From positions 7,750,001 through 7,814,000 of the forward strand of contig CM075995.1 of the NCBI GenBank assembly GCA_038087875.1: DNA of 64,000 bases. Reading direction: 5' to 3'. Each line of letters begins with the position of its first letter. Positions within the stretch are counted from its first letter, which is position 1. Position numbers and translations under genes: made by a program. The notes under the pieces were generated by a model. It was given only the letters and a program-made list of their open reading frames with translations, searched no databases and had not been told where the DNA came from. The DNA comes from Malacoraja senta. Lineage: Eukaryota. Of the stretch, positions 26,275-38,984 are shown one piece after another.

Positions 26275-26835
26275 GTGTAGGAAGGAACTGCAGATGCTGG
26301 TTTAAACCGAAGATAGACACAAAATGCTGGAGTAACTCAGAAGGGGACAGGCAGCCTCTCTGGAGAGAAGGAATGGGTGATGTTTCGGGTCGTGACCCTT
26401 CTTCAGACTAGTCAGGGGAAAGGGAAACGACAGATATAGACAGTGATGTAGAGAGATATAGAACAAATGAATGAAAGATATGCAAAAAAGTAACGATGAT
26501 AAAGGAAACAGGCCATTGGCAACTGTTGGCTAGGTGAGAACGAGAAGCTGGTGTGACTTGGGTGGGGCAGGGACGGAGAGAGAGGGATTGAAGGGGTTAC
26601 TTCAGATAGAGAAATAATTTCTCTAAGATAGAGAAATAATATTCATACCACTGGGTACTTTGAAGTTAGTCAAATCAATGTTCATATGACTGGGTATGTA
26701 AAGTTAGAGATGTTTTTCTCCAAGTGACCCAAACCATCACCGACCCATGATCTCCAGAGATGCTGCCTGACCCGCTAAGTTACTCCAGCACTTTGACTTC
26801 TTTTTTTTTGTTAACCAGCATCTGCAGTTCCTCGT
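26275..26835 (-). mobile_element. Penelope 3' remnant with inverted pLTR piece
   Basis: Antisense pLTR (26275-26408), antisense GIY-YIG end (PSGMNI), then a sense pLTR tail at ~26750-26835. Confidence 0.65.
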
Positions 26836-27284
26836 TTCCACTTTACAACAGGTTTACAACTTCTGGCATGTACTTTGGAATAAAACAAAGCATTCCAGTC
26901 ACTCAACACAGAAATAGACCACACCAAACCTCACTGATTACAAGAACATGTGTAATTTTAGCTGATACGATGATGGAAGGAATTAACACAGGAAGTGAAA
27001 ATCAAAGATTTGCATATGATGGAAATTTTAAATAGGAAATGAAAATGCTGGAAATATTGATCAAGAATGTTTTAGGTTGAAAACTTAAGCTTACAAGCTG
27101 CCAGAGGAGGTAGTTGAGGTAGTTGCAACGTTTAAGAAAATCAACCAAGTACATGGATAGGACAGGTTTAGAGGGATACGGGCTGCAGGCAGGTGGGTCT
27201 AGTGTCGATGGGACATATTGGTCGGTGTGGGCAAGTTGGGCCGAAGGGCCTGTTTCCACACAGTATGACTATGAGTCTAACTTG

Positions 27285-27409
27285 GGTTGGAATATTGCTG
27301 GTCCGCCCTGTTTCGACGAATGCAATCAACCCGGCGTGCACAATCAAATTAGATCAAGTTGTCCTACAACTTTAGGCTGTGCACGCCATATGCAAGAAGA
27401 AGAAGAAGA
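27285..27409 (+). mobile_element. Short retroposon with (GAA)n tail
   Basis: 11-bp TSD agtctaacttg at 27274-27284 and 27410-27420. Confidence 0.8.
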
Positions 27410-29333
27410 AGTCTAACTTGACAAATCATTTTTGATTTGAGACAGAAACTCTGTCTATCCAAAAATGCTGCCTGACTTGCTGAATGCCTCCAACATATTC
27501 ATAATTTTCTCTAAGACAGGAATATTCTTTACAAATCAATACATTGCAAACTAAAACAAAAGAAAGTAATAGACTCTAGATTCAGGGACTGTTTATTCTC
27601 AGCTGTTATCAGGCAACTGAATCATCTTACCACAAACAGAGAGCAAGCAGTGGTGAACTACTATCTACCTATTTGGTGACCCTCGGACTATCCTTGGTCG
27701 GACTTTGCTGGCTTTACCTTGCAGTAAACGTTACTCCCTTATCATGTATCCATACACTGTAAACAGCTCGATTGTAATCATGTGTTGTCTTTCCGCTGAC
27801 TGGATAGCACGCAACAAAAGGTTTTCACTGTACCTCAGTACACGTGACAATAAACTAAAACTAAATAAAATAAACTTCATTCATTCATAGATTTTACTTT
27901 ACTTTAGAGATACAGAGTGGAAACAGGCCTTTCGGCCCACCGCCCCGACCAGAAATCCTACACAATAGGGACCCTTTACAATTTTTACCAACGCCAATTA
28001 GCCTACAAACCTGTACTTCTTTGAGGTGTGGAAGGAAACCTGGAGAAAACCCACGCAGTCACAGGGAGAACGTACAAACTTTGTACAGACAGCACCCTTA
28101 ATCAGGATCAAAATTCTAGAGAGTTGTGGATGCAGCCCAGACCATCACACAAACCAACTTCCCTTCTTTTGACTCCATTTATACCTCATGCTGCCTCGAC
28201 AAGGCCAGCAGCATAATCAAGGACCAGTCACGCCCTGGCCACTCCCTCTTCTCCCCTCTCCCATTGGGCAAAAAGTATAGAAGTGTGAAAACGCACACCT
28301 CCAGATTCAGGGACAGTAGCTTCCCAGCTGTTATCAGGCAATTGAATCATCCTACCACAACCAGAGAGCAGTCCTGAACTACTATCTACCTCTTTGGGAC
28401 TATCCTTGATCGGACTTTGCTGGATTAACTTTGCACTTAAAGTTATTCCCTTATCATGTATCTATACATTTGTAACGGCTCGATTGTAATCATGTATTGT
28501 CTTTCTGCTGACTGGATAGCACGCAACAAAAGATTTTCACTCTACCTCGGTACATGTGACAATAAACTAAACTGAAGAATTTCATTGTTCCATTTCGGTA
28601 CTTATAACAATAGGACACTCTCTTCCCTTGAAGGTAGACACAAAAAAACTGGAGTAACTCAGCGGGACAGGCAGCATCTCTGGAGAGAAGGAGTGGGTGA
28701 CGTTTCGGGTCGAGACCCTTCTTCAGACTCTTCTTCTCTCCAGACATGCTGCCTGTCTGGCCGAGTTACTCCAGCATTTTGTGTCTACCTTCGAGTTAAA
28801 CCGGCATCTGCAGTCCTTTCTGACTCTGTTCCCTTGACTCTCTTCTCCTGAAGAAAGGCAGATGGAATGTGTAAGAAGGAACTGCAGATGCTGGTTTAAA
28901 ACCGTAGACTCAAAAAGGCAGATGGAATCTCAGTTTAATGTTTCTTCCTTGCAGAGTGCTTTGGGCAATGTGACTCTGTGTCAATACTGCTTTGAAGTCT
29001 AGATGGTTGCTTCTGAAGTAACATGGGACTTGCCAGTACAGGTTTACTAAGTAATGTTGTACTTCTAAACTAAACGCTCAACAAACAATTTAAGTCCTTG
29101 TTTATGCTCACCTCAATTTGTGCTTTTTCATTACATTGTAATCTACTTGTCTATATTTTGGCATCTATTGAGACTCAACTAAATTTATATTTACTTTATC
29201 TCAAATTAATGTGAAATATATATTTTAACTTAACCATTGCTTTGAATAGTAAATCAGTTTCCTGTAATTTATGTGATTCAAACTATCGGTTATGAAGCAC
29301 CCTCAATTCACCAACAGAGACACGATGCCACAG

Positions 29334-30230
29334 TCACGGTGGCGCAGCGGTAGAGTTGCTGCCTTACAGCGAATGCAGTGCCGGAGACCCGGGTTTGGTC
29401 TCGACTACGGGATGCTGTCTGTACGGAGTTTGTACGCTCTCCCCGCGACCTGCGTGGGTTTTCTCCGAGATAGACAATAGACAATAGACAATAGGTGCAG
29501 GAGTAGGCCATTTGGCCCTTTGAGCCAGCACTGCCATTCAATGTGATCATGGCTGATCATTCCCAATCACTACCCCGTTCCTGCCTTCTCCCCATATCCC
29601 CTGACTCCGCTATTTTTAAGAGCCCTATCTAGCTCTCTCTTGAAAGCATCCATAGAACCTGCATCCACCGCCCTCTGAGGCAGAGAATTCCACAGACTCG
29701 CCACTCTCTGTGAGAAAAAGTGTTTCCTCGTCCCCGTTCTAAATGGCTTACTCCTAATTCTTAAACTGTGGCCCGTGGTTCTGGACTCCCCCAACATCGG
29801 GAACATGTTTCTTATACGTTTCAATGAGATAACCTCTCATCCTTCTAAACTCCAGAGTGTAAAAACCCAGCTGCTCCATTCTCTCAGCATAAGACAGTCC
29901 CGCCATCCCTGGAATTAACCTTGTAAACCTACGCTGCACTCCCTCAATGGCAAGAATGTCTTTCCTCAAATTAGGGGACCAAAACTGCACACAATACTCC
30001 AGGTATGGTCTCACTAGGGCTCTGTACAACTGCAGAAGGAGATCTTTCGGTTTCCTCCCACACTCCAAAGACGTACAGGTTTGTAGGTTAATTGGCTTGG
30101 TAAATTTAAATTTTGTCCCTAGTGTGTGTATAGGACAGTGTTAATGTGCGGGGATCGATGGTCGGCGTGGACCCGGTGGGCCGAAAGGGCCTGTTTCCAT
30201 GCTGTGTCTCTAAACAAAACAAAACTAAAC
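29334..30230. mobile_element. V-SINE (+) split by a CR1 insertion (-, 29471-30040)
   Basis: SINE breaks at ctccgagat and resumes at gagatctttcggtttcctccc. Confidence 0.8.
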
Positions 30231-30407
30231 TACGGGTGCTGTCTGTACGGAGTTTGTACATTCTCCCTGTGACCTGCTTGGATTTTCTCCAGGTGCTCTG
30301 GTTTCCTCCCACACTCCAAAGGCCTACAGGTTTGTAGATTATTTGGCTTCGGTAAAAAATCAGTGGCATTGCAGATATGCTTTCAATTGGAAAGTGTTAC
30401 TTTTGAA

Positions 30408-31083
30408 GTTTAGTTTTAGTTTAGAGATACAGCGCAAAAACAGCCCCTTCGGCCCACCAAGTGCTCTCCGACCAGTGATCACCCCGCCCGCTAGCACACT
30501 AGGGACAATTTACAATCTTTACCGAACCCAATTAACCTACAAACCTGTACGTCTTTGGAGTGTGGGAGGAAGCCGGAGCATCCAGAGAAAACCCGTGCGG
30601 TCACGGGGAGAACGTACAAACTCCGTACAGACAGCACCCGTGGTCGGGATGGAACCCGGGTCTCTGGCGCTGTGAGGCGGCAACTCTACCGCTGCGCCAC
30701 CGTGCCGCACTAAATCAGCCCTGTATCCTGATGATTTGCCATTGTCAGACAAATGGACACAAATAAATGCTAGGATGCTAGGCACGGTGGTGCAGCGGTA
30801 GAGTAGCTGCCTCACAGCGCCACAGACCCGGGTTCGATCCTGACTGCGGGTGCTGTCTGTACCGTGTTTGTACGTTCTCCCCGTGACCTGCGTGGGTTTT
30901 CTCCGGCTGCTCCGGTTTCCTCCCACACTCCAAAGACCTACAGGTTTGCAGGTTAATTGATTTCTGTAAAATAGTAAATTGTCCCTAGTGTGTGTAGGAT
31001 AGTGTTAGTGTAGGGGATCGCTGGTCAGCATGGACCTACTGGGCCGAAGGGCCTGTTTCCGTGCAGTATCTCTAAACTAAACT
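30408..31083. mobile_element. Two full-length V-SINEs head-to-head
   Basis: Minus copy 30408-30706 and plus copy 30781-31083, both with A/B-box-like heads and (AAACT)n tails. Confidence 0.85.
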
Positions 31084-32029
31084 GGACAACTGGATCTCCG
31101 GGATGTCCGGTTTCCTCCCACACTCGAAAGACATACAGGTTTGTATGTTAATTGACTACGGGTGCGGTCTGTATGCTGTTTATACGTTCTCCCTGTGACC
31201 TGTGCGGGTTTTTTACGGGTGCTCCGGTTTTCTCCCACACTCTAAAGACGTACAGGTTTGTATGTTAACTGATTTTGGTAAATTAGTTCACTGTCCCTAG
31301 TGTGTGTCGGATAGTGTTAGTGTGTGGGGATCCCTGGTCGGCCCGGGCCTAGTGGGCCGCGGGGTCTGTTTCCGCACTGTATCTCTAAACTAAACGGGAA
31401 CATTTCCCTGTTGTTTGCTGGTGCGGCCAGGCAGTGTGAGTGGTCTGGGCTCCAGAGCACTGAGAGGCCACCCTATCTTTGAACCTCTGCCAGATGAAGA
31501 CACCGCTGTAAAAACATGTCAGTTGCTATCACATTATCGGGCTCAGTGACTCTTCAACGCTAGCTGCTGCAATAAGGGAAACCAGAGACTCCTGGCTCCC
31601 CATAAAAATAAACAAAAAGCCTTTGCAGTTAATCAAGGTGATAGTTTGATCTCGAAAAGAAACATACCACTGGTGACACTGCCGACTCAAACGTTGAGAC
31701 ATTCCAGTTAAGGAACAGTGAAAAGATTAAAAAAAAAATGTTTAGTTTAGTTCAGTTTAGAGCTACAACGCGTAAACAAGCCCTTCGGCCCACCGAGTCC
31801 GCACCGACCAGCGATGCCCCGTACGTACACCAACACTACCCTACACACACTGGGGACAATTTTTACATTTAGTAACCAAGCCAATTAACCTACAAACCTG
31901 TACATCTTTGGAGTACGGGAGGAAACCGAGGATCTCGGGGAAAACCCACGCAGGTCACGGGTAGAACTCCGCACAGGCAGCACCCGTAGTCAGGATGGAA
32001 CCCGGCTCTCTGGTGCTGTAAGGCAGCAA

Positions 32030-33338
32030 CTTGAGGAAGGACCTTTGAGGAAGGACATTCTTGCTGTTGAGGGAGCATAGGTTCACGAGGTTAATTCCCG
32101 GGATGGTGGGACTGTCATATGCTGAGAGAATGAAGCAGCTGCGCTTGTACACTCTGGAGTTTAGAAGGATGAGAGGGTATCTTATTGAAACATACAAGAT
32201 TATTAAGGATTTGGACACACTAGAGGCAGGAAACATGTTCCCGATGTTGGGGGAGTCCAGAACCAGGGGCCACACTTTAAGAACAAGGGGTAAGCCATTA
32301 GAACGGAGATGAATAGACAATAGACAATAGTCAATAGGTGCAGGAGTAGGCCATTCGGCCCTTCGAGCATTCAATCTGATCATGGCTGATCATCCCCAAT
32401 CAGTACCCCGTTCCTGCCTTTTCCCCATATCCCCTGACTCCGCTATCTTTAAGAACCCTATCCAGCTCTCTCTTGAAAGCATCCAGAGAACCAGCCTCCA
32501 CTGCCCTCTGAGGCAGAGAATTCCACAGACTCACAACTCTCTGTGAGGAAAAGTGTTTCCTCGTCTCCGTTCTAATTCTTAAACTGTGGCCCCTGGTTCT
32601 GGACTCCCCCAACATCGGGAACATGTTTCCTGCCTCTAGCGTGTCCAATCCCTTAACAATCTTATATGTTTCAATAAGATCCCATCTCATCCTTCTAAAC
32701 TCCAGAGTGTACAAGCCCAGCTGCTTCATTCTCTCAGCATATGACAGTCCCGCCATCCTGGGAATTAACCTTGTAAACCTATGCTGCGCTCCCTCAATAG
32801 CAAGAATGTCCTTCCTCAAATTAGGGGACCAAAACTGCACACAATACTCCAGGTGTGGTCTCACTAGGGCTCTGTACAACTGCAGAAGGACCTCTTTGTT
32901 CCTATACTTGACTCCTCTTGTTATAAAGGCCAACATGCCATTCGCTTTCTTCGCTGCCTGCTGTACCTGCATGCTTACTTTCATAGACTGATGAACAAGG
33001 ACCCCCAGATCCCGCTGTACTTCACCTTTTCCCAACTTGACGCCATTTAGATAGTAATCTGCCTTCCTGTTCCAAATTGGAGCAAAGAAAAACATTTTCA
33101 CACAGAGAGTTGTGAATCTGTGGAATTCTCTGTCTCAGAGGGCGGTGGTGGCCGGTTCTCTGGATGCTTTCAAGAGAGAGTAAGATAGAGCTCTTAAAGA
33201 TAGTGGAGTCAGGGGAATTGAGAGAAGGCAGGAACGGGGTACTGATTGTAGATGATCAGCCATGATTACATTGATTAGCGGTGCTGGCTCAAAGGGCCGA
33301 ATGGCCTACTCCTGCACCTATTGTCTATTGTCTATTGT
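32030..33338. mobile_element. Cluster of CR1 fragments in +/-/+ orientation
   Basis: 233-aa minus ORF 32400-33101 (RDLGVLVH...LYRALVRPHLEYCVQFWSP) flanked by plus-strand pieces of the same family. Confidence 0.85.
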
Positions 33339-33715
33339 GCTGCGCCACCGTGTAATTTGGGATCTCTCAATCCAAAGTCTCCGTGCAGAAACAAACCTCA
33401 GATAAGATGTCCATTCCTGTTTCACTGAGGTTAAAGCGAGAGGGGGAAAATAATTTCGAAATTGGTTATTTTTATGTACAGTTCAAGGAACAATGGAATT
33501 TCCGACAGGATTCTCCATCTTGGCTGGGACATTTGAGCACCTACATCAAGAGTGATGCCGAGACACAGAATGCTGGAGTAACTCAGCGGGACAGGCAGCA
33601 TCTCTGGAGAGAAGGGATGGGTGATGTTTTGGGTCGAGGCCCTTCTTCAGACTGCCTACCGTGACTGTCCAACGTTTATCTTTCAAGCCACTGAAACCAT
33701 GGGCTTTATCACATG

Positions 33716-34314
33716 TGTCGGAAGAACAGCAGATGCTGGTTTACGCTGAAGATAGACAGAAAATGCTGGAGTAAGTAAGTAAGTTTATTGGCCAAGTATT
33801 CACATACAAGGAATTTGCCTTGGTGCTCCGCCCACAAGTAATAACATGTCATATAAAGTGACAGTTACGAATGACTCAGAAAACACTAAACATTAATAAT
33901 AATAAAACATTAATGATAAAACACCATTGATCAAGCATGTGAACCAACCAAATACCAGATCAAAGGGAGGCTACAGATTTTTGGCTGTTGAGTAGAGCAA
34001 CTACTCGTGGATAAAAACTGTTTTTATGTCTGGCTGTGGCAGCTTTGACAGTCCGGAGTCGCCTTCCAGAGGGAAGTGATTCAAAGAGTTTGTGGCCAGG
34101 GTGAGAGGGGTCAGAGATGATCTTGCCCGCTCGCTTCCTGAGTAACTCGACAGATCAGGCAGCTTCTCTGGAGTGAAGTAATAGGTTATGTTTTGGGTCG
34201 AGACCCTTCTTCTGTCTGAAGAAGTGTCTCGACCCGAAATGTCACCTATTTATTTTCTCCAGAGATGCTGCCTGATCTGCTGAGTTACTTCAGCATTTTC
34301 TGTCTATCTCTGGT
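33716..34314. mobile_element. Head-to-head Penelope pLTR pair inserted as a unit, later interrupted by a Rex1-like 3' end (~33773-34140)
   Basis: 12-bp TSD ctttatcacatg at 33704-33715 and 34315-34326; the inner insert is flanked by gagtaa. Confidence 0.75.
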
Positions 34315-34837
34315 CTTTATCACATGGTTACGTGCATATACTTGCCATTGTCCAAGTTATAAAGTCTTCTGATAAACTTTGTGTTACATGATACAGATTC
34401 TATGCTTCCACATTATCACAACAATGTATATCTGTAGGATAAAGATACAGCCTCCAAATTTGTAGGCATATAGTTTGTACCATGTAACACAACATTTAGC
34501 AGAAGACTTATAGCTGAATGTTCTTTAATACACTAGACAATAGACAATAGACAATAGGTGCAGGAGTAGGCCATTTGCCCCTTCCAGCCAGCACCGCCAT
34601 TCAATGTGATCATGGCTGATCATCCCCAATCAGTACCCCGTTCCTGCCTTCTCCCCATATCCCCTGACTCCGCTATCTTTAAGAGCCCTATCTAGCTCTC
34701 TCTTGAAAGCATCCAGAGAACCTGCCTCCACCGCCCTCTGAGGCAGAGAATTCCACAGACTCACCACTCTCTGTGAGAAAAAGTGTTACAACAAGACAAC
34801 ATTTTAAACGTACTTATTGTCTGTTCAGTCTGTCTTA

Positions 34838-35447
34838 ACCTATCTGATCTTCCAATGGCCCAGTGCTTCAACTCCCCCTCCCATTCCCAATCTGACCTTT
34901 CTGAACTGGGCCTCCTCCATTGTCAGAGTGAGGCCCAGCGCAAATTGGAGGAACAGCATCTCATATTTCACTTGGGTAGTTTACACGCCAGCGGTATGAA
35001 CATTGACTTCTCTAACTTCAGATAGCCCTACTTTCTTTTTCTATTACGTCCCCCTTCCCAGTTCTCCCACCAGTCTTACTGTCTCCCCCTACATCCTATC
35101 TTTGTCCCGCCCCCTCCCTGTGGAATTCTCTGCCTCAGAGGGCGGTGGAGGCAGGTTCTCTGGATGCTTTCAAGAGATAGATAGATAGGGCTCTTAAAAA
35201 TAGCGGAGTCAGGGGATATGGGGAGAAGGCAGGAACAGGGTACTGATTGGGGATAATCAGCCATGATCACATTGAATGGCGGTGCTGGCTCGAAGGGCCG
35301 AATGGCCTACTCCTGCACCTATTGTCTATTGTCTATTGTCACCTGACATCAGTCTGAAGAAGGGTCTTGACCCGAAACGTCGCCCATTCCTTCTCTCCTG
35401 AGATGCTGCCTGTCCCACTGAGTTACTCCAGTTTTTGTGTCTACCTT
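34838..35447 (+). mobile_element. Penelope GIY-YIG C-terminus and pLTR, interrupted by CR1
   Basis: DLPMAQCFNSPSHSQSDLS..GLLHCQ...RKLEEQHLIFHLG...GMNIDFSNFR; pLTR at 35352. Confidence 0.8.
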
Positions 35448-36228
35448 GGGATGGCTTGATTGACAGTTATAGAATGGAAGCAGGCCCTTCAGCCCACCGA
35501 GTCCACGCCGACCATTGATCGCCAGTTCATACTAGATCCATCTTGTCCCACTTTCTCATCCACTCTCTCTTCGTCGTGAAGAACGATGGCGACCTGGCTT
35601 GGGGGGACCACCTTGAGCGAAGCTGGGAGAACAAACGGGGACCTGGAGTGGAGGGTAGGGGGGGCACTCTAGTTTTAGAATCCTCTGCCCAGAGGATAAG
35701 CCTGCGTTTGTTTGTTTGTTTGTTTGTTTGTTCGTTCTGGTTAAGGCGCGATGCACACGGCAGCCAACCATCAGTCGCTTGCCTTTATCTTTTTTTTCTC
35801 TCTCACTTTTAATTACGGGTTTTCGTGTACCTTGTTGTGAGTTGCGACTGTTGGCAGACCAATTTCCCTCCGGGGATGAATATAGCAGTCACGGTGGCAC
35901 AGCGGTAGAGTTGCTGCCTTACAGCAAAATGCAGCGCCAGAGACCCGGGTTCGATCCCGACTACGGGTGCTGTCTGTACGGAGTTTGTACGTTCTCCCAG
36001 TGAACTGCGTGGGTTTTCTCCGAGATCTTCGGTTTCCTCCCACACTCCAAAGACGTGCGGGTGTGTAGGTTAATTGGCTTGATTAATTAGCTTGATAACA
36101 ATGTTAAATTGTCCAAGTTGGCGATATGCAGAGCACTGCCCTGCCGACTACAAAATTCAGAAGGTTCAGAAGATATAGTTTTATCGTATCGTACACACTG
36201 GGGGGGGGGGGGGGCAATTTACAGAGGC

Positions 36229-36556
36229 CTTCTTCTTCTTGCGAATGAAAGATAAACCAAAGGACTAGTTAGATCTCAAGCCGGGTGTTGAGCAGCCAGA
36301 TTGTTGTCTCTGTTGGCGTCAATGTCTGCCAGGCCCTGACAGAGCTCCATTTGGTGGGTGGTAGAGCGGGCACCCAGAGATGACATGGTTGGCTGTCTGT
36401 TGTTCTGCTCCGCATTCACAGGCCTGGGCTCTGGCGGAGGCAGCCCCCATCTCCACACGCTGGCGTTGAAACGCCCAACTCCAGTACCAAGTCAGTTGAG
36501 CTTCACCCATGCTTCTCTGGGGAGGTCAGACAGACCCTGGACAGCTTTTATCTGGT
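36229..36556 (-). mobile_element. I-group (Ingi/Vingi-like) LINE 3' fragment
   Basis: Frameshifted LPREAWVKLN.LGTGVGRF..MWRWGL..ACECGAEQQTANHVISGCP with a (GAA)n tail. Confidence 0.6.
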
Positions 36557-36619
36557 GAAGGCCAATTAAAGCTACAAACCTGCAAGTCTTTGGGATTTGG
36601 AGGAAACGAGGAAACGCAG

Positions 36620-37136
36620 AAAAATGTGAGTTGTTGCACTTCGGAAAGTCGAAATAGGGCAGGACCAAGGTAGTGAATGGTGGGGGTCTGGGCAGTGTTG
36701 CAGAGCAGAGGGATCTAGGAGTGCAGGTACATGAAGGTTCCTTGAAGGTGGCATCACAGGTGGTCAAAAAGGCTTTTGGCACATTGCCCTTCGTCAGTCA
36801 GAGTACTGAGTATAGATGTTGGGGGGTCATGTTGCAATTGTATAAGACGTTGGTGAGACCGCATTTAGAGCATTGTGTTCAGTTCTGGGGACAACGTTAC
36901 AGGAAAGAAGTTGTTAAGTTGGAAAGGGTACATGAAGATCTACGAGGATGTTGCCAGGACTGGAGGGTGTGAGCTATAGGGAGAGGTTGGACAGGCTGGG
37001 ATTCTATTCCCTGGAGCGCAGGAGGATGAGAGATGATCTTATGGAGGTGTATAAAATCACGAGAGGAGTAGATCGGGTGGACGCACAGAGTCGCTTGCCC
37101 AGAGAGGGGGAATCGAGAAACAGAGGGCATAAGGTT
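36620..37136 (+). mobile_element. CR1 LINE fragment
   Basis: LYKTLVRPHLEHCVQFW and RLDRLGFYSLERRRMR. Confidence 0.85.
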
Positions 37137-37156
37137 ACCTCTGGCAGATTGATATT

Positions 37157-37356
37157 NNNNNNNNNNNNNNNNNNNNNNNNNNNNNNNNNNNNNNNNNNNN
37201 NNNNNNNNNNNNNNNNNNNNNNNNNNNNNNNNNNNNNNNNNNNNNNNNNNNNNNNNNNNNNNNNNNNNNNNNNNNNNNNNNNNNNNNNNNNNNNNNNNNN
37301 NNNNNNNNNNNNNNNNNNNNNNNNNNNNNNNNNNNNNNNNNNNNNNNNNNNNNNNN
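37157..37356. other. Assembly gap (200 N)
   Basis: Run of n. Confidence 1.
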
Positions 37357-38866
37357 ACCCCCTCTATACTGCCCAAAACAAATGGATCTGATGTTATGTC
37401 CTGCCATTCTTGAGAAACAAGTGTAACCTGCCCCAACTTGAACATCTTCCCCACTTAATTTATTTCCTTCAGGAGCAAAGTCTCTTACCTGCACATTTCC
37501 TGACTGAGCGTGTTGCCCCCGGCCCCTCGTAGGGAAATTCATCTTTGCCTTTGTGCCTGTGGCAGGATACCAGGTTCGGATGTTCGAGAATGAACGACTC
37601 GTCCCTTCACCAGTCCCTGTGATAGCACCCCGTCGATAGGGGAAAAACCTTTTGCCCATTCTGGTGGTTGTTGGCACTTTAATGAGGCCCACAGTTTTTG
37701 CCTCTTCATCCAGTTCTTTGACTCGCTTTGCGAGGTCCTCCCCCAAACAACAGATTCGGTAACTGAACATTATTAGGTTTGCAGAGTGCTGCAAATTTTA
37801 GGTGAATGGCGGGGCGTATGGCACTCTTTCTAAGGCAGTTCATTTCAAAATGTGCACTGCACAAAAGCCCCAGAGCATCCTGGTGAACTTCAGTCATGTG
37901 CCCCTCTTCCACCGTTCTGGCGAACGCAGTGATACCTGCTGCTAGCAATTTGAGCACCTTCTGGAGCTTCAATTCTTGTGCTCTCACTGCAACCCCCATT
38001 TGGCCCCATATAACATGGTTGACCACCGGCACCTTCAACAACCCACAGTTAACCGGGGTTTCATATTTTTTAGCCGTATCGTCCATAGTCAGCTCCTGGA
38101 GCTGATGGGAGAGCATATAATTAATTGTAGTAGCCAATTCTTCCCACAATGGCTCCCCTGCTTCTTTGGGGATTGCGAATTTAGCAGCCAAATTAGGTAC
38201 AAAGACCTCTTGCCCTTCACCCTTTGGGCTTTGTACAGCCATTACCTCGGCATCAGCATAATCCTGACCCGACACACCCTCCTCCATGAAGGGGCGATTA
38301 TGCAGCCCTACTGCTGGCACAGGCTCTCCAACAGCCTGGCGGGAACTCCACTCCTCCCGGAGTGAGTCCTTCTCGAGCAACCTCTCCATCAGGTGCTCTA
38401 TGTGTGAGAGCCGTGAGCAAACGGACTCTCCTGGAGGTGAAACCTCCTGGCCCGACTCTGGGTCTATAGGCCTGGCAGACTTGAATGTGGCCTTACGCCC
38501 TACCGGCGCGGCAACGCTGCTCCCAGGCAGCGAGTCTGCAGTTGCAAGCCCCCCTCCTTGCGACAAAGTCGGTGAACTAGGCAGGCCCTCGGTAACCGCA
38601 CTCCCGCGGTCCTCCACACTTTTCGCCATGGGTCACCTCGCCTTCACCTTACTTGCTTTCTGTATCGTCGAACTCAAAAAACAACCACCGACACAGAAAG
38701 CGACCTCAAGACAGTTTTACACTTACCTCGAGGTGTTTTAAACTTACCCGCTGGAGGAGCTCTGCTGCTCCAACCGGCCGCCTGCACCAATGTGTCTGAC
38801 GAAATGACGCACATGCGGCTGAACGGGGTTCTTCAAGTAGTCACTCACATGACTCCGAAGTAAAAT
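37357..38866 (-). mobile_element. DIRS-type tyrosine-recombinase retrotransposon, 5' portion
   Basis: Gag-like ORF plus start of RT (GRLHLF..EWQDITSDPFVLGSIEG) running into the gap; probable terminus attttacttcggagtca at 38866. Confidence 0.8.
37706..38629 (-). CDS. DIRS ORF1 (gag-like), 307 aa open, frameshifted near the end
   Basis: YETPVNCGLLKVPVVNHVIW..VRAQELKLQKV...DALGLL...RKSAIRP..KFAALC...LLFG, continuing in another frame as DLAKRVKELDE. Confidence 0.7.
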   Translation of the reverse strand: MAKSVEDRGSAVTEGLPSSPTLSQGGGLATADSLPGSSVAAPVGRKATFKSARPIDPESGQEVSPPGESVCSRLSHIEHLMERLLEKDSLREEWSSRQAVGEPVPAVGLHNRPFMEEGVSGQDYADAEVMAVQSPKGEGQEVFVPNLAAKFAIPKEAGEPLWEELATTINYMLSHQLQELTMDDTAKKYETPVNCGLLKVPVVNHVIWGQMGVAVRAQELKLQKVLKLLAAGITAFARTVEEGHMTEVHQDALGLLCSAHFEMNCLRKSAIRPAIHLKFAALCKPNNVQLPNLLFGGGPRKASQRTG

Positions 38867-38984
38867 GGTGGGTTAGAAGATTTTTTATATGTGAGGGGGG
38901 GGGGGCAAGCCCGTTAAGGGCTTTGTATACGAATAAGAGGAGCTTGAAGTTGATTCTGTATCGTACTGGAAGCCGGTGGAGTTT

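Noticed and set aside
25304-26320. Overlapping 230-273 aa ORFs (also 39146-40015 and 23637-24185)
   Set aside because: These are stop-poor GC-rich repeats open in several frames, with no recognisable domain and no frame conservation between copies.
30781-30860. tRNA genes at ggcacggtggcgcagcggtagag heads
   Set aside because: These continue into V-domain and CR1-type tails, so they are SINE heads.
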